From the NCBI GenBank assembly GCA_035545755.1, contig DASZXQ010000048.1, positions 5,542 through 69,541 of the forward strand: 64,000 nt of DNA. The letters run 5' to 3'. The notes below the pieces were generated by a model. The model saw only the letters and a list, made by a program, of their open reading frames with translations, made no database searches and was not told the origin of the DNA. The DNA is from Chitinophagaceae bacterium. GTDB taxonomy: Bacteria > Bacteroidota > Bacteroidia > Chitinophagales > Chitinophagaceae. Shown in pieces: positions 1 to 8,833 of this stretch; within the stretch, counting starts at the first letter, position 1; the number at the start of each line of letters is the position of its first letter. The translations under genes were made by a program, and so were the position numbers.

Positions 1-33
1 TGCTGAGAAATATCTTTTTCATTGTATGCTGAT

Positions 34-3000
34 TTATTGATTTTGATTAATGATGTCATCATAGCTGTCTATTTCCAAAATTCCTTTCTGATGATCCACG
101 TCATCTTCACAATGCAGTATTACCTGCAAACTGGGTCTCGCCGCTGTTACACCGGCAGGATTGGTTCTTCCTTCAGCAAGCATCTTCTGGATCAGTCGGT
201 TTCTTTCGGCGGCAATTTCCTTGCGCAATTGCAGATCATGCTGCCTATCGAAATAAATAGTACCATCCACGATCGTATAGAGCGCCACTGCGTAAATGCT
301 CAATGGGTTATCACTCCATAGTACGAGGTCTGCATCTTTTCCAACCTTGATACTTCCTACCCTGTTATCGACATGCAATGCTTTGGCAGGATTGAGTGTT
401 ACCATTTTGAATGCATCTTCTTCACTCATACCACCATACTTCACACTTTTAGCTGCTTCCTGATTCAGGCGACGGGCCATTTCTGCATCGTCAGAATTGA
501 TACAAACATTCAGTCCCATTTTCTGCATGATGGTAGCATTGTAAGCAATGGCATCCTGTACTTCCAATTTGTATGCATACCAATCGCTGAAAGTAGAAGC
601 GTTGGAACCATGAGCTTTCATTTTATCCGCTACTTTATAGCCTTCCAGTATGTGGGTGAATGTATTAATACGGAAACCAAATTTATCAGCCACTCTCATC
701 AGCTCTGTAATCTCGCTTTGTACATAAGAGTGACAGGTGATGAAGCGCTTTTTATTCATGATCTCCACCAAAGCATCCAATTGAAGGTTTCTTCTTGTAC
801 TTGCCGGCAGCGCCTTCATTTGATTCTCATAATCCTTCGCTCTTGTGAACGCATCCATCTGCACTTCTTCCACTCCCATTCTTGTATCAGGATAACGGGT
901 GTTACCCTGCGCCGATGCAGTACGTTTAACATTTTCACCTAAAGCAAATTTGATGAAAGGATCAGCGCCTTTGAATTTCAGATCTTCGTCATTCACTCCC
1001 CAACGTAATTTGATCAATTGTGTCTGTCCGCCGATGGTATTGGCAGAACCATGTAATATATGTGCAGTAGTAACGCCACCGCTCAATTCACGATAGATGG
1101 CTATATCTTCCGGGTTAAGATTATCTTGAATGCGAACTTCTGAAGTAACCGAAGCTGCGCCTTCATTGATTGAAAATGCTGCAATGTGTGAATGCTCATC
1201 AATAATGCCGGGCGTCAGGTTTTTCCCGGTTCCGTCGATCACACGGGCAGAAGCATCAGAAAGGTTTTTCCCGATCTGGGCGATCTTGCCGTTTTTCACC
1301 AATACGTCAGCATTCTTTAATATGCCTTCTTTTTCATTGGTCCATACTGTTGCATTCTTAATTAAAATCGTTTCTGGTTTTGGTAATGTATCCCATCCAT
1401 AAGCTCCGAAAGGATAGTCAACTTTTCCTAAACGTAATGGAAACCTTCTGCGGGAGGTAGTATCAGCCTCAGAGGAAGCTTTTACTAAAGTAGCTGTCCA
1501 CAACACAGTATTACCAACAGAATCTTCGCCATTTCCCTGCCATACATCTCCATTATTTACACCACTCAACCTTATGCCAGCGCCGCCACGACCACCGCCA
1601 CCTCTTCCACCCTGAAATCCGCCGCCATTACCACCGGGCCTGCGAACTGGAGTAGTTGAAAAACTCAATTTGATCAATTTACCATCATAGCTAAACTTAC
1701 CGGCCAATGTATCATTGCCGGAAAGTACGTTAGCAGAGCTTGCGCTTTTTACTTCCAGCGTATAACTTTTGGAACCATAAGGAGCATTGATCACTAAATT
1801 GTATTGACCTTTCACATCATTCCACAGATCTTCTTTCACTTCATACTTTTCACCCTGCACCCAGTTTTCAATAATAGATGTTTTTTCATTGAAAAGCGGG
1901 CCGTTAGTTATAAGGAAATTTGCCAGTTTGCCCTGATCCAGGCTTCCTACTTTATCATAAACTCCCAACCAAGTAGCTGGAGTTTTCGTCAACGCATCAA
2001 AAGCTTTTGATTCACTCAACCCATATTCAATTGCTTTACGCAAATTGGTCCAGAATTGTTTTACATCACGCAGGTCTGCACTGGTAAGACAGAAAGGAAT
2101 ATTTGCTTTTTCTACCACAGCAGGATTAGTGGGCGCCAGTTCCCAATGCTTCATATCACGCAATGAAACAAATCTTGCGTCATTAGGATCGTCCATATCC
2201 TGTGCCTGCGGAAAATTAAGTGACAGTATCAACGGAGCTTTAGTGGCTACAATATCATTGATACGCTGGTAATCGTCGCCGCCGGTTTTGATAATATATT
2301 GTACGCCGAATTCATCACCGATACGATCAGCACGGATCACACTCCATTTATCGTTTGCCTCAAATATCTGGGGCAGGCTTTGATTATCGTTCCAGGCCTG
2401 CAAACTCAGGTTCACTCCTTCTTTTGCCGGATTGGTTTTATACCATTGTCCATCGAGGTAAGTCTGGCGCAACAATGCTACGCTTCCCATCATGGAACTT
2501 GGGTAGCTTTGTGTGGAAGTGCCTTTACTGAAAGAATAATTCGCTGAAGCTTTTTCTTTTACCATTACAAGATTTTCCTTTAAATCAGCCAGCGTCACAA
2601 AAGCGCCGGTTCCTCTTGCGATCCCATCCTTATCATGAGTGAGCACAGAACCGAATCCAACATCACGAAGAGATTTTGCTTTAGCCGGATCCGCAGCAAA
2701 CACTTCGAAAGCATTTTCCTGACTGCGAATTGCCTGGTTCCAACCATAAGCTCCTTTTGTATTAGAAGTCATTTGTTGTTGGAAAAAGCCGCCTCCGCCT
2801 GCGCCTCTTCCACCACGGGCTGCTGATTCAGGAGCCGGCATCCCATAATCGGAATAAATGTCGATCAGGGAAGGATAGATGTACTTGCCGGCGCAATTCA
2901 CCACCACTGCATCGGATGGAACTGTCACTGATGTTCCCACCGCTGTTATCTTTCCTTCACGGATAACCAGTGTGGCATTACTTAATGTAGTTTGTCCGTC

Positions 3001-3153
3001 TTTAACAATGGTGGCATTCGTAAAGGCGTAGCAGCCAGTACGGGGATCAGCCACTCCATTAACGGGAAAAGTTTGCTGCGCCAATAACGATGTTGCGATG
3101 TAACACAAAGCGAACATCAACCCCGGCCGCAGCAGGAGTTTCATTTTTCTCAT
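34..3153 (-). CDS. exported amidohydrolase-family protein (two amidohydrolase-like halves)
   Basis: 1039-aa ORF. Signal-peptide-like N-terminus MRKMKLLLRPGLMFALCYIATSLLAQQ. C-terminal half has PGIIDEHSHIA metal motif and GKDADLVLWSDNPL motif typical of the amidohydrolase superfamily. N-terminal half is a degenerate copy. Confidence 0.85.
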   Translation of the reverse strand: MRKMKLLLRPGLMFALCYIATSLLAQQTFPVNGVADPRTGCYAFTNATIVKDGQTTLSNATLVIREGKITAVGTSVTVPSDAVVVNCAGKYIYPSLIDIYSDYGMPAPESAARGGRGAGGGGFFQQQMTSNTKGAYGWNQAIRSQENAFEVFAADPAKAKSLRDVGFGSVLTHDKDGIARGTGAFVTLADLKENLVMVKEKASANYSFSKGTSTQSYPSSMMGSVALLRQTYLDGQWYKTNPAKEGVNLSLQAWNDNQSLPQIFEANDKWSVIRADRIGDEFGVQYIIKTGGDDYQRINDIVATKAPLILSLNFPQAQDMDDPNDARFVSLRDMKHWELAPTNPAVVEKANIPFCLTSADLRDVKQFWTNLRKAIEYGLSESKAFDALTKTPATWLGVYDKVGSLDQGKLANFLITNGPLFNEKTSIIENWVQGEKYEVKEDLWNDVKGQYNLVINAPYGSKSYTLEVKSASSANVLSGNDTLAGKFSYDGKLIKLSFSTTPVRRPGGNGGGFQGGRGGGGRGGAGIRLSGVNNGDVWQGNGEDSVGNTVLWTATLVKASSEADTTSRRRFPLRLGKVDYPFGAYGWDTLPKPETILIKNATVWTNEKEGILKNADVLVKNGKIAQIGKNLSDASARVIDGTGKNLTPGIIDEHSHIAAFSINEGAASVTSEVRIQDNLNPEDIAIYRELSGGVTTAHILHGSANTIGGQTQLIKLRWGVNDEDLKFKGADPFIKFALGENVKRTASAQGNTRYPDTRMGVEEVQMDAFTRAKDYENQMKALPASTRRNLQLDALVEIMNKKRFITCHSYVQSEITELMRVADKFGFRINTFTHILEGYKVADKMKAHGSNASTFSDWYAYKLEVQDAIAYNATIMQKMGLNVCINSDDAEMARRLNQEAAKSVKYGGMSEEDAFKMVTLNPAKALHVDNRVGSIKVGKDADLVLWSDNPLSIYAVALYTIVDGTIYFDRQHDLQLRKEIAAERNRLIQKMLAEGRTNPAGVTAARPSLQVILHCEDDVDHQKGILEIDSYDDIINQNQ

Positions 3154-3345
3154 TGCAATATTAGTTTTAGTTGTGATGATAGATAAATGAATAAATCACT
3201 CATAAAAATGAGAGAGCCGAATATAAAGCAAATGTGGAATACAAAGAACAGAAAATGATGAATGATTATAAACATGAAATAAAATCTTGATACACTATTG
3301 TTTTATCTGAAACCGATTGGCATCAGCAAATGGGCGGAAGTTTGC

Positions 3346-3353
3346 TAATTTTG
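3346..3353 (+). promoter_or_regulatory. candidate Bacteroidota -7 promoter box (TAATTTTG) upstream of deoC
   Basis: Exact match to TAnnTTTG 14 nt upstream of the deoC ATG. No convincing -33 TTTG at the expected spacing. Confidence 0.3.
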
Positions 3354-3366
3354 ATGAAAATGAATA

Positions 3367-4293
3367 ATGGGTATGCCCAAGACCAAATCATTGTTTACTA
3401 TTCCTGATTTTGTATTGTCGCCAAGGATCGACCAGGTAGGTGCGGAAGAGAGAGCCAGCCGTTTCACAAAAAGAAGTATTAAAAAAGAATCCAAAGTGAA
3501 TGGATTGAAGCTGGTGTTGAACATGATTGACCTGACCACATTGGAAGGAAAAGATACAGATGGTAAAGTAAAACAGCTTTGTTATAAAGCGATGCATCCG
3601 CATGATGCTTTGCCGGGATTACCGACTGTTGCCGCAATATGTGTTTATCCAACGATGGTGAAAGTGGCGAAGAAAGCATTGGAAGGTTCAGGAATAAAAG
3701 TGGCATCTGTTGCTACAGCATTTCCCAGCGGGCAGGCGCCGAGAGATGTGAAAATAAGAGACACCAAATATGCGGTTGCCAATGGCGCTGATGAGGTGGA
3801 TATGGTGATCAGCCGTGGTAAATTTCATGCGGGAGAATATAATTATGTGTTTGATGAAATAGCTGCCATCAAAGAAGCTTGCGGCGATGCGAGATTAAAA
3901 GTTATTTTAGAAACAGGTGAACTCGGAACTTTTGATAAAGTCCGTCGTGCAAGTGATATTGCCATGTATGCCGGTGCAGATTTTATAAAAACATCAACCG
4001 GGAAAATTCAGCCCGCTGCTACCATGCCCGTGACATTAGTAATGCTGGAAGCGATCCGTGATTTTTATTACAAAACAGGAAGAATGGTGGGCATGAAACC
4101 TGCAGGTGGAATTTCCAAATCAAAACTTGCTTTGCATTATTTAGTGATGCTAAAAGAAGTATTGGGAGAAGCATGGATGAATAATCACTGGTTCCGGTTC
4201 GGAGCAAGCAGCTTAGCGAATGATGTATTAATGCAGTTGGTAAAAGAGAAAACAGGGATTTACCAGGCTGCAAATTATTTCAGTGTGGATTAA
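3367..4293 (+). CDS. deoC: deoxyribose-phosphate aldolase (long form)
   Basis: 308 aa. LNMIDLTTLEG N-terminal motif and ADFIKTSTGK Schiff-base lysine motif of class I DERA. Confidence 0.9.
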   Translation: MGMPKTKSLFTIPDFVLSPRIDQVGAEERASRFTKRSIKKESKVNGLKLVLNMIDLTTLEGKDTDGKVKQLCYKAMHPHDALPGLPTVAAICVYPTMVKVAKKALEGSGIKVASVATAFPSGQAPRDVKIRDTKYAVANGADEVDMVISRGKFHAGEYNYVFDEIAAIKEACGDARLKVILETGELGTFDKVRRASDIAMYAGADFIKTSTGKIQPAATMPVTLVMLEAIRDFYYKTGRMVGMKPAGGISKSKLALHYLVMLKEVLGEAWMNNHWFRFGASSLANDVLMQLVKEKTGIYQAANYFSVD

Positions 4294-4467
4294 ATCAGAA
4301 CCAGGATTGGGGTGGATTTAATGGATTATGAGGAATAAATCATACAAATCTCTTAATCTATCAAATCATGGTTCAGACAATTGGTGAATAGCGAACAGAA
4401 CGATGAAGGGAGTGACACAACAGACGATGAGTAGAGTTGTTGTCGCCGGTAACATAAAAAATAAATT

Positions 4468-5985
4468 ATGCCAACAACAAAAAAGCCTGTCCGCCGTGGC
4501 GGGAAAGTAGCAACAAAATCAAATACGATCAAACTGAAATTTGATACAAGTTGGTCGTACGCACCTGCTCCGGAAAGTAAAAGCGCTGCGACGATCAAAA
4601 AGCAATATGATCTATTCATCAATGGCGAATGGGTGAAGCCTTCAGGCAATAAATATTTTGATACGATCAATCCCGCGAACGAGGAAAAATTATCTGAAGT
4701 AGCTGATGCAAATGCAGCAGATGTGGATCGTGCCGTAAAAGCGGCGAGGAATGCGTATGAAAAAGTGTGGAGAAAAATGCCGGCAAAAGAAAGAGCCAAA
4801 TATATTTTTCGTATTGCAAGAATGATACAGGAAAGAGCAAGGGAATTGGCGATCATTGAATCACTGGATGGTGGCAAACCAATTCGTGAGAGCCGTGACT
4901 TTGATGTGCCAACAGCAGCGAATCACTTTTTCTATTATGCCGGCTGGGCCGATAAATTAGATTATGCTTTTCCAAACAGAAATGCTGAGCCTTTAGGAGT
5001 AGCAGGACAGATCATTCCCTGGAATTTTCCTTTGCTGATGGCTGCATGGAAAATTGCACCGGCGTTGGCAACGGGAAACACTGTTGTATTAAAACCTGCA
5101 GAAACAACTCCATTAACTGCATTGAAATTGGCAGAAATAATTCAGGAGTCCGGCTTACCTGATGGTGTTGTAAATATTGTTACCGGTGCAGGAAAAACTG
5201 GTGCTGCAATTGTCAATCATCCCGACATTAATAAAATTGCTTTCACCGGTTCTACAGAAGTTGGGAAAATAATTCAGCGAGCCATTGCGGGAACGAATAA
5301 GAAAGTGACATTGGAATTAGGTGGTAAAGCAGCGAATATCATTTTCGAAGATGCGCCAATTGACCAGGCTGTGGAAGGTGTGATCAATGGAATTTATTTT
5401 AACCAGGGCCATGTGTGTTGTGCCGGCTCAAGATTGTATGTACAGGAATCCGTAGCAAAGCAAGTGATTCGAAAATTGAAAGACAGAATTGAATCGCTGA
5501 TCGTCGGAGATCCGATGGATAAAAACACAGACATTGGCGCTATCAATTCCAGACAACAACTGGAAACGATCCATCAATATTTAAAGATCGGAAAAGAAGA
5601 AGGCGCTGAAATGTATGAAAGCAGTTGTTCATTGCCCGGAAGAGGATTCTGGTGCAGACCGACTTTATTTACTAACGTAGCCCAAAGTGCCAGAATAGCG
5701 CAGGAAGAAATTTTCGGACCGGTGTTGGCTATTCTCACTTTCCGCACGGATGATGAAGTGATCGAAAAAGCAAACAACACACCTTATGGACTAAGTGCCG
5801 GTGTCTGGACAGATAAGGGTTCCAAGATCTTCAATATGACAAAGCGAATGAGAGCCGGAGTAGTTTGGGCAAATACATTTAATAAGTTCGATCCCTCCTC
5901 TCCTTTCGGTGGTTATAAAGAAAGCGGATTTGGAAGAGAAGGAGGCTTACATGGATTGTTGGCGTATGTGAATCTTACAAACTAA
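4468..5985 (+). CDS. NAD(P)-dependent aldehyde dehydrogenase
   Basis: 505 aa. ALDH motifs PWNFPL, FTGSTEVG, ELGGKA (catalytic Glu) and QGHVCCAGSR (catalytic Cys). Confidence 0.92.
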   Translation: MPTTKKPVRRGGKVATKSNTIKLKFDTSWSYAPAPESKSAATIKKQYDLFINGEWVKPSGNKYFDTINPANEEKLSEVADANAADVDRAVKAARNAYEKVWRKMPAKERAKYIFRIARMIQERARELAIIESLDGGKPIRESRDFDVPTAANHFFYYAGWADKLDYAFPNRNAEPLGVAGQIIPWNFPLLMAAWKIAPALATGNTVVLKPAETTPLTALKLAEIIQESGLPDGVVNIVTGAGKTGAAIVNHPDINKIAFTGSTEVGKIIQRAIAGTNKKVTLELGGKAANIIFEDAPIDQAVEGVINGIYFNQGHVCCAGSRLYVQESVAKQVIRKLKDRIESLIVGDPMDKNTDIGAINSRQQLETIHQYLKIGKEEGAEMYESSCSLPGRGFWCRPTLFTNVAQSARIAQEEIFGPVLAILTFRTDDEVIEKANNTPYGLSAGVWTDKGSKIFNMTKRMRAGVVWANTFNKFDPSSPFGGYKESGFGREGGLHGLLAYVNLTN

Positions 5986-6056
5986 AAATTCAAAAGTCAA
6001 AATTAAAAACAGGCACTAATTCACTTTTTACTTTTGACTTTCAACTTTTGAATTTT
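5986..6056. repeat. long AT-rich imperfect hairpin between the two ALDH genes
   Basis: AAAATTCAAAAGTCAAAATTAAAAA (5986-6009) pairs with TTTTTACTTTTGACTTTCAACTTTTGAATTTT (6025-6056). The arms match except for a 7-nt bulge and start immediately after the TAA stop. Confidence 0.55.
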
Positions 6057-6061
6057 ACATT

Positions 6062-7015
6062 ATGGAAAAACAAGAAATAAAAAAATCATCGCTCAGCATC
6101 AGTGAAGATGGATTGGAAAAGAAACCCTCTTCCAAACGCTTAGAAGTTTTGAAGACGTATAAAATTTATATCGGCGGGCAATTCCCAAGAACGGAATCAG
6201 GGAGATATTATGTGGCAAAGAATGCAGCCGGAAAACAACTTGCCAATATCTGCTTAAGCTCAAGAAAAGATTTTCGTGATGCGGTTGTCGCAGCAAGAGG
6301 AGCATTTGGCGGCTGGAGCAACAGAGCAGCGTTCAATCGTGGACAAATTTTATATCGCATGGCTGAAATGCTGGAAGGAAGAAAAGCACAGTTCATTGAT
6401 GAATTGATGCAACAGGATGCTACAAAAGGAAAAGCCGAAAAAGAAGTTAATCTCGCTATTGATCGTTTGATCTATTATGCAGGCTGGTGTGACAAATACC
6501 AGCAGGTATTCAGCTCAGTAAATCCTGTAGCTACTTCGCATTTTAATTTTTCTGTTCCGGAACCAACGGGAGTTGTTTCTGTTATTGCTCCGCAACATGA
6601 TTCATTGCTTGGGTTGGTTTCTGTTATTGCACCTGTTATTGCGGGAGGAAACACCTGTGTTGTTTTGGCATCAGAATCAAAACCATTATGTGCGGTTACT
6701 TTTGCTGAAGTGATCAATTCTTCTGATATGCCGGTTGGTGTTGTCAATATTTTAACAGGAAAAGTATCAGAATTGGCTTCCTGGTTTGTAGATCATATGG
6801 ATGTGAATGCAACCATTTTTTGCGAAAAAGATTCTGATATGCAAAAGATGATGCGGGAAAAATCAGCGCTGAATGTAAAACGGATCGTTTTCCATGATAA
6901 AGTGAATTGGTATAATGCAGAGGGACAATCGCCCTATTTTATCATGGATACGCAGGAAATAAAAACCACCTGGCATCCTATCGAGAATATTGCCGGATCA
7001 GGAGCGGGATATTAA
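6062..7015 (+). CDS. ALDH-family paralogue lacking the catalytic domain (probably non-catalytic)
   Basis: 317 aa. Aligns by eye to the N-terminal two thirds of the upstream ALDH (YYAGW.DK, PTGVVSVIAP, GGNTCVVLAS, VGVVNILTG). The WNFP Asn position reads QHDS, and the ORF ends before the ELGGK/Cys region. Confidence 0.75.
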   Translation: MEKQEIKKSSLSISEDGLEKKPSSKRLEVLKTYKIYIGGQFPRTESGRYYVAKNAAGKQLANICLSSRKDFRDAVVAARGAFGGWSNRAAFNRGQILYRMAEMLEGRKAQFIDELMQQDATKGKAEKEVNLAIDRLIYYAGWCDKYQQVFSSVNPVATSHFNFSVPEPTGVVSVIAPQHDSLLGLVSVIAPVIAGGNTCVVLASESKPLCAVTFAEVINSSDMPVGVVNILTGKVSELASWFVDHMDVNATIFCEKDSDMQKMMREKSALNVKRIVFHDKVNWYNAEGQSPYFIMDTQEIKTTWHPIENIAGSGAGY

Positions 7016-7031
7016 AGTTTAAAATACTTTC

Positions 7032-7493
7032 ATGAAACTGTTTTTCATCATAGCATGCTCGCTAATCACAGCACCGTTATTTTCGCAGGATTCATCACTG
7101 CTGAAATTGCCGGACAACAGTTCCGTGATTGTACATAAGGATCCAAGACTTGATCTTTTGGTCAAGAAACAATCAGAGATCAATGAAGCAATCTATCGCA
7201 ATTCCCGCCGCACCGCAAAAGGTTTCCGCATTTTGGTGATCAATACCAGCAAAAGAAATGAAGCGATCGATGCCAAGGCAAAAATGTATATGTACTTTCC
7301 TGAACTGAAAGCATATTTAATTTATCAATCTCCCTACTTCCGTCTGAAAGTAGGCAATTTCAAAGAACGTGAAGATGCGGAAGATTATCAGAAAAAAATC
7401 AATAAATATTTTCCCAACGGCGTGTTTATTGTGAATGACATTATCGAGGTGAAACCTGATGATGATCCTGAGAACCCATCGCCGGGTTTATAA
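7032..7493 (+). CDS. SPOR domain-containing protein
   Basis: 153 aa with a signal peptide. C-terminal GFRILVINTSKRNEAIDAKAKMYMYFPELKAYLIYQSPYFRLKVGNFKEREDAEDY matches the SPOR (peptidoglycan-binding) pattern. Confidence 0.8.
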   Translation: MKLFFIIACSLITAPLFSQDSSLLKLPDNSSVIVHKDPRLDLLVKKQSEINEAIYRNSRRTAKGFRILVINTSKRNEAIDAKAKMYMYFPELKAYLIYQSPYFRLKVGNFKEREDAEDYQKKINKYFPNGVFIVNDIIEVKPDDDPENPSPGL

Positions 7494-7531
7494 TTCCTTG
7501 CAGGCAGGATATCAATTTGTATTTTTGCCGG

Positions 7532-8716
7532 ATGATTGAAACGATCAAAGCACTTGCAGAAAAATTTGCCCCGGAATTCATTGATATCCGCCATCATCTT
7601 CATGCATATCCTGAATTAAGCTACCAGGAATTTGCAACCTCCCAATTTGTGCAGGATAAATTAAGAGAATTAGGAATACCATTTGAGATAAAAGCAACAA
7701 CCGGAGTCGTTGGCCTGATCAAAGGAAAAAATCCGGATATAAGAATAATTGCCCTTCGTGCTGACATGGATGCGTTGCCGATCAAAGAAGCGAACGATGT
7801 TCCTTATAAATCTACAAAAGATGGCGTGATGCACGCCTGCGGGCATGATGTGCATACAACTTGTTTATTGGGAGCAGCAAAAATTCTGAATACATTAAAA
7901 AACGAATGGGAAGGAACGATCAAACTGATCTTTCAACCCGGTGAAGAAAAAAATCCCGGTGGTGCCAGTTTAATGATCAAAGACGGCGTGTTGGAAAACC
8001 CGAAACCGCAAGCCATTTTCGGGTTACATGTAAACCCGCAATTGGAAACCGGTAAATTAAGTTTTCGCCCGGGCAAATCAATGGCCAGCGCCGATGAATT
8101 ATATTTTACTATCAAAGGAAAAGGCGGACATGCTGCCACTGCTCATTTAACTACCGATACCATATTAATAGCAGCTCAGCTGATCGTTGCGCTTCAGCAA
8201 GTGATCAGCAGAAATAAACCTCCGCTTGTTCCATCTGTTCTTTCTATCACTTCTATACAAGGTGGATATACCACCAATGTGATCCCTAATGAAGTGAAAC
8301 TGATGGGAACACTCAGATCACTGGATGAAGAATGGAGATGGAAGGCGCATGAACTGATAAAAAAAATGGCTACAGAACTGGTGCATTCAATGGGTGGAGA
8401 AATTGATGTGCACATTGATGTCGGTTATCCTTCTGTTCAAAATGATGAAAAGCTCTATGAGATTGCGAAAAAGAAAGCCCGGGAATTCATGGGAGTTGAA
8501 AATGTAGAAGAAACTGAAATACGGTTAGGCGCAGAAGACTTTGGTTATTATTCGCAGCTTATTCCCGGTTGCTTTTATCGGCTAGGCACCCGCAATATAA
8601 AAAAAGGTATTACGTCCAGCGTTCACACTCCTACTTTTAATATTGACGAAAACGCTATTGAGATCGGAATGGGCATTATGGCCTGGCTGGGCAGTTCCGT
8701 AAATTTTCCGGACTGA
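7532..8716 (+). CDS. M20D family amidohydrolase (N-acyl-amino-acid amidohydrolase-like)
   Basis: MHACGHDVHT motif, LIFQPGEE and the dimerisation-domain pattern. Start moved from the TTG at 7517 to the ATG at 7532 (MIETIKAL). Confidence 0.88.
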   Translation: MIETIKALAEKFAPEFIDIRHHLHAYPELSYQEFATSQFVQDKLRELGIPFEIKATTGVVGLIKGKNPDIRIIALRADMDALPIKEANDVPYKSTKDGVMHACGHDVHTTCLLGAAKILNTLKNEWEGTIKLIFQPGEEKNPGGASLMIKDGVLENPKPQAIFGLHVNPQLETGKLSFRPGKSMASADELYFTIKGKGGHAATAHLTTDTILIAAQLIVALQQVISRNKPPLVPSVLSITSIQGGYTTNVIPNEVKLMGTLRSLDEEWRWKAHELIKKMATELVHSMGGEIDVHIDVGYPSVQNDEKLYEIAKKKAREFMGVENVEETEIRLGAEDFGYYSQLIPGCFYRLGTRNIKKGITSSVHTPTFNIDENAIEIGMGIMAWLGSSVNFPD

Positions 8717-8833
8717 TATTTATCAATATGCCTTAGGATTATTATTTTGTACATTGCATCCCCTTTTATTTATAAAAGCAGCTTAGGCGATACAGAACAG
8801 AATTGTGATGACAGATGAACCAAAAAATCATTT

